Shown here one piece after another: positions 58,572 to 64,000 of a stretch of 64,000 bases of DNA. The position numbers and the translations under genes are program-made. Positions within the stretch are counted from its first letter, which is position 1, and every line of letters starts with the position of its first letter. The notes under the pieces are model-generated. The model was not told the DNA's origin and ran no database searches. It saw only the letters and a program-made list of their open reading frames with translations. Source of the stretch: Alphaproteobacteria bacterium (GTDB taxonomy: Bacteria > Pseudomonadota > Alphaproteobacteria > SP197); contig OZ245842.1 of NCBI GenBank assembly GCA_965228895.1, positions 3,936,001 through 4,000,000 of the forward strand, written 5' to 3'.

Positions 58572-59540
58572 TTAGGGTTTCAATGATTCGCCAATCTGCC
58601 CCGATTGGATCATCGCGGCGATCGCCGTCAGCACCATACGCGCGCAAACGGTTGCGCCGATGCCGCTGGAAAAGTCGTGTTCGGGGCCAAATTCGACGAT
58701 ATCCAGGCCGGCGATACGGCCCTTTTGCGCAACGCCGCGAATCAGATCGATGACGTCGTAATAGGAGATGCCGCCGGGCGCCGGCACGCTGAGGCTGGGA
58801 AAATCCGCGGGATCAATGCCGTCGCAATCGATGGTGATCAGAAATTCACTGCCTTCGGGCACCTGATCCAGAGCCGCCGCGATCCCGCCCTCGCGGACGG
58901 CGCGCGCGGTCACCAGACGCGAACCCCAGGCCTCGGCATCGGCGACCTCCGACGGCCGGGCACTGCCGATGCCTCTGAGGCCGACCTGAACCATGCCGGT
59001 AACACAATCAAGCTCTGAGGCGCGCCGCATCGGGCTCGAATAGCCGAACCGGCTGCCATAGACCTCGTCGCGCCAATCGAGATGCGCATCGACCTGGATG
59101 ACGGTGAACGGCCCGCGCCCCTCAAACGCTCTGAAGAACGGAATCGGCACGCTGTCATCGCCGCCCAGCACGATCGGCACGGCGCCCTTGTCGAGGATCG
59201 CACGCACGGTTGTCGCGGCGCGCTCGCGATTGGTCTCGCCGTCGGCGGGATTGGGCCCGCCGACCACATCGCCGCAATCGGCGATGCGCACATCGACACC
59301 GTCGAGCAGCGCACGGCCGATATCGAAGTCATAGTGCTCCAACGAACGACGGTCGGTGCGCGCACGAATCGCCGTGGGCGAACCGGCGCTTTCGTTAACC
59401 GGCGTTTCCGTATCGTAGGTCGTGCCATAGGGAATGCCGAGCACAGCGACATCGGCCTCAAGGGCCGCCAGGTCGGTAACGACGGGGACGCCGGCAAAGC
59501 TGCGGCCGCCCTCCGGCAGCCGGGTCATAGATGCGGTCAT
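58572..59540 (-). CDS. Ureohydrolase (agmatinase/arginase family), GGDDS variant
   Basis: GGDDS (usually GGDHS), DAHLD, TIDCDGIDP, PGG, DIVE. Confidence 0.88.
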   Translation of the reverse strand: MTASMTRLPEGGRSFAGVPVVTDLAALEADVAVLGIPYGTTYDTETPVNESAGSPTAIRARTDRRSLEHYDFDIGRALLDGVDVRIADCGDVVGGPNPADGETNRERAATTVRAILDKGAVPIVLGGDDSVPIPFFRAFEGRGPFTVIQVDAHLDWRDEVYGSRFGYSSPMRRASELDCVTGMVQVGLRGIGSARPSEVADAEAWGSRLVTARAVREGGIAAALDQVPEGSEFLITIDCDGIDPADFPSLSVPAPGGISYYDVIDLIRGVAQKGRIAGLDIVEFGPEHDFSSGIGATVCARMVLTAIAAMIQSGQIGESLKP

Positions 59541-59684
59541 GGTTCACTGCCTTTTGGTCAGGGGAACGGATCGATGCGGCGACCGGGACAAAACCTAGCC
59601 CGAATACCCGGCAAAGACAGTAGGTGTCAGGAGGCCGGAAACCACAGGTGGCGGCGAGGCCCGGAACTTAGTAGGACTGATGCC

Positions 59685-60896
59685 ATGACCGAGACGCCTC
59701 TCCAGCTCACCAACCTGCAAGCGCGCCACCTGTTCATGGATCTGCAGGGTTTGGCCGAACCGTGCCACCTGAAGCTCACCAAGGACGCGCTTTACGATCT
59801 CATCGAGCGCATGGGTTTCGTGCAGCTCGACAGCATCTCGACCGTTGAGCGCGCCCATCACCTGACGCTCTATTCACGTTACCAGACCTACCGTCCGCGC
59901 CATCTGGAGCGGCTGATCGAAGACGACAGGATGCTGTTCGAGAATTGGACCCACGACGCTTCGGTCATCCCGACCCGGTTCTATCCCTATTGGAAACACC
60001 GCTTTGCGCGCCGCCGCGACGAACTGCACGCCAACGCTTGGTTCAACGAACGTGTCGGTGAGAACGGCCATGAAGTCATTACCAAACTGATCGGCCACGT
60101 TCGTGACAACGGCCAATCGATGTCGCGCGACTTCACCGACGATGAGCACAACGGCGTCAAAGGCGGCTGGTGGCATTGGGGGCCGTCGAAGGCGGCGCTG
60201 GAATATCTGTGGCTGACCGGCGAACTGGCCGTCGCCAAGCGCATCAACTTCCAGAAGGTCTACGATCTCACCGAACGCGTCATTCCCGGTGAGCACCATG
60301 AGCGGGAACCGGATTGGGAAGAGTGTGTCGACTGGCATTGTACGTCGGCGCTCGACCGCTTGGGTACGGCGACGCCCGGCGAACTCGCGCAGTTCTGGGA
60401 TGCCTTCTCGCCGGATGTTGCGAAGACGTGGTGTGCCGAGAACAAAGATCGGTTACAGGTCGTCGAAGTCGCCTCGGCCAACCGCGGCAAACCCCGCGCG
60501 GCGTACGCTTGGCGCGACCTGGAGGACCGGCTGGCAGGCGTGCGCGAACCGGCCGCGCGCTTGCGGTTCTTGAGCCCGTTCGACCCGGTCATCCGCGACC
60601 GCAACCGCGCCCAGCGCCTGTTCGGTTTCGACTATCGTTTCGAAGCCTTCGTACCCAAGGCCAAGCGGCAGTATGGCTATTACGTGCTGCCGATTCTGGA
60701 AGGCGAGCGTTTTGTCGGCCGCATCGACATGAAACACCATCGCGCCGAAGGCCGGCTGGCGGTCAACGGTCTGTGGTGGGAACCGAAGGTCAAGGCGGGC
60801 ACGGGCCGTGTCGCGGCGTGCCAAGCCGAACTGGAACGCCTTAGACGTTTTATCGGCGCCGAGGCCATCGACGATTCGACCGGTCTGCTCGGCTAA
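59685..60896 (+). CDS. Winged-helix (HTH_42) crosslink-repair DNA glycosylase, YcaQ-like
   Basis: QxD motif (VQLDSI), LFENWTHDAS, LSPFDP, YRFEAFVPKAKRQYGYYVLPIL. Confidence 0.88.
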   Translation: MTETPLQLTNLQARHLFMDLQGLAEPCHLKLTKDALYDLIERMGFVQLDSISTVERAHHLTLYSRYQTYRPRHLERLIEDDRMLFENWTHDASVIPTRFYPYWKHRFARRRDELHANAWFNERVGENGHEVITKLIGHVRDNGQSMSRDFTDDEHNGVKGGWWHWGPSKAALEYLWLTGELAVAKRINFQKVYDLTERVIPGEHHEREPDWEECVDWHCTSALDRLGTATPGELAQFWDAFSPDVAKTWCAENKDRLQVVEVASANRGKPRAAYAWRDLEDRLAGVREPAARLRFLSPFDPVIRDRNRAQRLFGFDYRFEAFVPKAKRQYGYYVLPILEGERFVGRIDMKHHRAEGRLAVNGLWWEPKVKAGTGRVAACQAELERLRRFIGAEAIDDSTGLLG

Positions 60897-60918
60897 CCCG
60901 TTCAAAGGAAAAACCTCC

Positions 60919-61425
60919 ATGATGCATCACAAGGCGTTCGTGCCGCCCGCCTTCGACGTACCGGAACGACTCGAAACAGCGCGATTCACCCTTCGCATGC
61001 TGACCATCCACGACCTGATCAAGGACTACGACGCCGTCATGTCGAGTGTCGAGCAGCTGCAGGGAAGCTACAGCGCGGTCTCCGGCAGCACGTGGCCGGA
61101 GGGCCTGACGCTGGAGGAGGATCTGATCGACCTCGCCTGGCACCAACGCGAGTTCACGATCCGCTCGTCGTTCGCCTATACGATGATGGCGCCGGACGAG
61201 TCGATGTGCCTGGGCTGCGTCTACATCAACCCAAGTATCAAGCAGGGTTACGACGCCATGGTGATGCTGTGGGTCCGCACGTCGGAACTTGCCAACGGTC
61301 TGGATGACGAGCTCTTTGCGACGGTTTGTTCGTGGGTTGCCGGCGATTGGCCGTTCGAAAACGTCGCCTATCCCGGCCGCGACATCAGCGCCGCCGACTG
61401 GCACGCCCTGACAGACAAGGCGTGA
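60919..61425 (+). CDS. GNAT-fold protein
   Basis: DYDAVMSS, WHQREF...SFAY, LGCVYINP, WPF..VAYPGR; RBS AAGGA. Confidence 0.72.
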   Translation: MMHHKAFVPPAFDVPERLETARFTLRMLTIHDLIKDYDAVMSSVEQLQGSYSAVSGSTWPEGLTLEEDLIDLAWHQREFTIRSSFAYTMMAPDESMCLGCVYINPSIKQGYDAMVMLWVRTSELANGLDDELFATVCSWVAGDWPFENVAYPGRDISAADWHALTDKA

Positions 61426-61445
61426 TGCCGGCGGCGCATTGACGC

Positions 61446-62423
61446 TTAGAAGTGAATGACCAGATCGGTCGTGACGCGTGACCCGAAGACGCTGTTGTCG
61501 TTGCTCGTGACCTCAGTTTCAGCACCAAAACCCAGCAATGTGTTGTCATTAATGCGATAGCGGAAACCGCCGCCCATCGTCACCGTCGTGCCGCGATCGG
61601 AGCTGCCGAAGTTTGCAACATCGGCACCGTCGAGCTTGGCCAGCGCACCGGTGATCCGGTTGGCATGGTTGAAGGCGGTGAAACCGTTCGCCTCGACCAG
61701 CGGGAAGAAACCCGGCCACAGCTCGTAGTCGGCGTGCAGCGAGTAGTGGATGAAGGAGTCATCGACATTGTCGTCGACGGCAACGTTCGCACCGAAGCTA
61801 CCTTGCACGCCCACACGACCGATCAACGTCGATGCCGTGATGAACGGATTGACGAAAGCATCGCCATCCCCGGCCAGTTCTATCCCGGTGGTCTCCAGAT
61901 CGTTGACCGGGATCTCGTAGCGGATGCCGGCGGTAACCAGCGTCTCGCTCTCGGCAATGGAAATGAAGTTGTACTTCAGGCCCGCCGCGATGTTGTTCCA
62001 GCCATCCGTATCGGCAAGACCCGCCTTGAAGTTGTACCAGGTATAGCCATCCTTGGTCGCGATCAGGCCAAGACGCTCGGTGATCGCGAGCCGACCCTGC
62101 AGCGCGACGACATTGGCATGCCCGCCGCCGGTCACGAAATCGCTGGGCAGATCGTGATAGGCATAGAGCGGTTTGACTTCCGTCGTGATGTAAGGCGTTT
62201 CGTTGAACAGAAAGTCGGTAACCGGCGGCACGTAGCGACTGTGCAGGCCGTCACCGAGTGATCCCTCAAGGTCCAACCCCAGAAAAGGATCAAGCCGCGC
62301 CCCCCAAATCCGAACAGCATATTTCGATAGCCTGTGGTTGTTGCACGCAGTCGGCAGTTCGACCTGTGGTGACCAATCACAACGGCCAGAGCTCATCGAG
62401 CGCCGGGCCGACGCACCGCACAT
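61446..62423 (-). CDS. Putative outer-membrane beta-barrel protein; start codon uncertain
   Basis: Alternating hydrophobic beta-strand pattern with terminal Phe (..DLVIHF); the first ~45 translated residues look non-coding and no signal peptide is visible. Confidence 0.6.
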   Translation of the reverse strand: MCGASARRSMSSGRCDWSPQVELPTACNNHRLSKYAVRIWGARLDPFLGLDLEGSLGDGLHSRYVPPVTDFLFNETPYITTEVKPLYAYHDLPSDFVTGGGHANVVALQGRLAITERLGLIATKDGYTWYNFKAGLADTDGWNNIAAGLKYNFISIAESETLVTAGIRYEIPVNDLETTGIELAGDGDAFVNPFITASTLIGRVGVQGSFGANVAVDDNVDDSFIHYSLHADYELWPGFFPLVEANGFTAFNHANRITGALAKLDGADVANFGSSDRGTTVTMGGGFRYRINDNTLLGFGAETEVTSNDNSVFGSRVTTDLVIHF

Positions 62424-62458
62424 CGATCGGTCCGCATCTCAACGAAAAAAGTAGAAAG

Positions 62459-62477
62459 ATTATTGTAATACGATAAT
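62459..62477. promoter_or_regulatory. Palindrome ATTATTGT-AAT-ACGATAAT, probable operator of the XRE regulator
   Basis: 7/8 inverted repeat in an AT-rich patch about 40 bp upstream of the DUF2975-HTH operon. Confidence 0.55.
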
Positions 62478-62518
62478 AAATGCGATTAAGATGCCAAAAC
62501 CAGCATTGGAGGACGGAC

Positions 62519-63052
62519 ATGAGCAGAGACAGGATTCGCCGGGTCAGCCGCATCATGTCGGCCTTGTGTCTGATCGGCATGGTCGGCTTGCCGGTCTCCT
62601 TGGCGCTTGGCTGGTGGTACCCGCAGATACTCGGCGGCCCCTACCCGGCGAGCGAGGGTCTTTGGGGCGCCCCCGATGACCTGCCGGCCGTGAACCGCCT
62701 CCTTGGCTTCGTGGTGTCCATGGTACCGGCCGGTATTCTGATATTCGGCTTGGCGCGTTTGCGCGCGATGTTTGGCCTTTATCAGGCCGGCGAGATCTTC
62801 AGCGTTCGGTCGGCGCGTTGCCTGAAACAGTTCGCGATGACCGTCTCGGTGCAAGCCCTCCTTCAGCCTCTTGCCGGCGCCGCCCATTCGGTGATCGTCA
62901 CGTTTGATAACCCGCCGGGCGAACGCATGCTGACCTTGTCCTTCGGCAGCGCCGAGTACTCGGCGATCCTGCTCGGTGGGTTGCTGCTTGTGATCGCCTG
63001 GGTCATGGGCGAAGGCGCCAAGATGGCGGACGAGAACCGTCAGTTCGTCTGA
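62519..63052 (+). CDS. DUF2975 family membrane protein
   Basis: Four TM segments, GEIFS, IAWVMGEGAKMADENRQFV; followed by a YozG-like HTH gene. Confidence 0.85.
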   Translation: MSRDRIRRVSRIMSALCLIGMVGLPVSLALGWWYPQILGGPYPASEGLWGAPDDLPAVNRLLGFVVSMVPAGILIFGLARLRAMFGLYQAGEIFSVRSARCLKQFAMTVSVQALLQPLAGAAHSVIVTFDNPPGERMLTLSFGSAEYSAILLGGLLLVIAWVMGEGAKMADENRQFV

Positions 63053-63065
63053 GAGGGAGCGCGCC

Positions 63066-63278
63066 ATGGCCATCATCGTCCGGCTTGATGTCATGCTGGC
63101 ACGCCGCAAGATGCGCTCGAAGGATCTGGCGCAGCAGATCGGCATCACCGAACAGAATGTCTCGTTGCTCAAATCCGGCAAGGTCAAAGGCGTCCGGTTC
63201 GAAACACTCAATCGGATTTGCGAGGTTCTCGACTGTCAGCCCGGCGACCTCCTGGAGTTCGAATCGGACCCAACATAG
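63066..63278 (+). CDS. XRE/Cro-type HTH regulator (YozG-like)
   Basis: MAIIVRLDVMLARRKMRSKDLA..IGITEQNVSLLKSGKVKGVRFETL..IC..LDCQPGDLL. Confidence 0.93.
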   Translation: MAIIVRLDVMLARRKMRSKDLAQQIGITEQNVSLLKSGKVKGVRFETLNRICEVLDCQPGDLLEFESDPT

Positions 63279-63281
63279 AAA

Positions 63282-63317
63282 GGGCCGGGTGCGCAAACTG
63301 TGGCGTGCACCCGGCCC
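63282..63317. terminator. Hairpin between convergent genes, probable intrinsic terminator
   Basis: GGGCCGGGTGC/GCACCCGGCCC 11-bp stem, followed by TTTCT on the minus strand. Confidence 0.6.
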
Positions 63318-63343
63318 CTCCGTCCGATCACACGGTCAATGAC

Positions 63344-64000
63344 CTAGCCGCAGGTATAGAGACCACCTGCTGCCTGACGAATGGCGTCATAGTCCTTGAA
63401 GATCTGAACCACCTTGGCCTGGGTCTCGCCGGTTTCGGCGATTTCATCCCAGAACGAGGCGGCGGCTTCCTCGACCTCACGCCACTCGTCGGCCGGAATC
63501 GACTGGACCTTCAGCTTCGTGCCTTCGGCGCGCAGCTTGGCCTCGCCGCCCCAGTACCATTGGTTACGGTACTCGTGGCTGGCGCCGATCGCCGCCATGA
63601 CCACGCCCTTAAGGTGCTCAGGCAGTTCGGCCCATTTTTCCTCGTTGACGAACCACGATCCAATCCAGGCACCGGAGATGTTGTTGGTCAGGAAATAGTC
63701 CGTCACATCGGCCCAACCGACCGTGTAGTCCTCGGTGATGCCCGACCACGCCATGCCGTCCAACTCACCGGTCTGCACCGCGACCTCGGCGTCTTCGTAC
63801 GGGATCGAAACCGGCACGACACCGAAACGCGCCAAGAAGCGACCGGCGGTCGGGAAGGTGTAGAGACGCAGACCCTCCAGGTCGGCGAGCGACTTTACGT
63901 CCTTTTTGATGTTGAAGTTGCAGGGATCCTGACCGGCCGCCGATAGCCAGACGACACCGCCTGCCTTCTTGTAGGCTTCCGACCAGATCTCCGCGAAACC
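63344..64000 (-). CDS. TRAP transporter substrate-binding protein (DctP-like), C-terminal part; 5' end outside the window
   Basis: Frame open to the window end: ..KSLADLEGLRLYTFPTAGRFLARFGV.., AVQTGELDG, VNEEKWAELPEHLK, FWDEIA. Confidence 0.88.
   Translation of the reverse strand, partial: GFAEIWSEAYKKAGGVVWLSAAGQDPCNFNIKKDVKSLADLEGLRLYTFPTAGRFLARFGVVPVSIPYEDAEVAVQTGELDGMAWSGITEDYTVGWADVTDYFLTNNISGAWIGSWFVNEEKWAELPEHLKGVVMAAIGASHEYRNQWYWGGEAKLRAEGTKLKVQSIPADEWREVEEAAASFWDEIAETGETQAKVVQIFKDYDAIRQAAGGLYTCG

Noticed and set aside
59584-59602. CGGGACAAAA...GCCCG resembling the 3' stem of a guanidine-I riboswitch near the ureohydrolase
   Set aside because: On the wrong strand for the ureohydrolase, carries extra bases, and the conserved 5' half is missing.

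Overview
High-GC alphaproteobacterial chromosomal segment (Rhodospirillales-like style, inferred from gene content). It is densely coding, with about 60 CDS and no rRNA, tRNA, CRISPR array or transposase recognised. Housekeeping and envelope genes include the alpha-2-macroglobulin 3' end-pbpC, ggt, ppk2, asmA-like, pyrD, a class IV aminotransferase, sahR-metF, MoxR/VWA and a YcaQ-like glycosylase. Between them lie many catabolic genes with a shared theme of N-methylated or quaternary-amine (betaine-type) compounds. These are two CntA/YeaW-like Rieske oxygenases (one behind a perfect BetI-like palindrome), a carnitine cluster (CaiD-like, LcdH, BKACE), an orphan hutU, a histidine-ammonia-lyase homologue lacking the MIO-forming Ala-Ser-Gly (ergothionase-like), and a TgnB/TgnC-like luciferase-type monooxygenase cluster. 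In that last cluster three separate promoters share a bipartite motif, YRTGAA-N7-TTACG-N19-MGTTTAC, one copy overlapping the start of the local LysR gene; this suggests a candidate regulon for an uncharacterised substrate. Also notable are a ureEFGD operon with no ureABC in the window, a candidate sRNA, and three palindromic intergenic elements. All functional calls are from motif recognition by eye; no searches were run.
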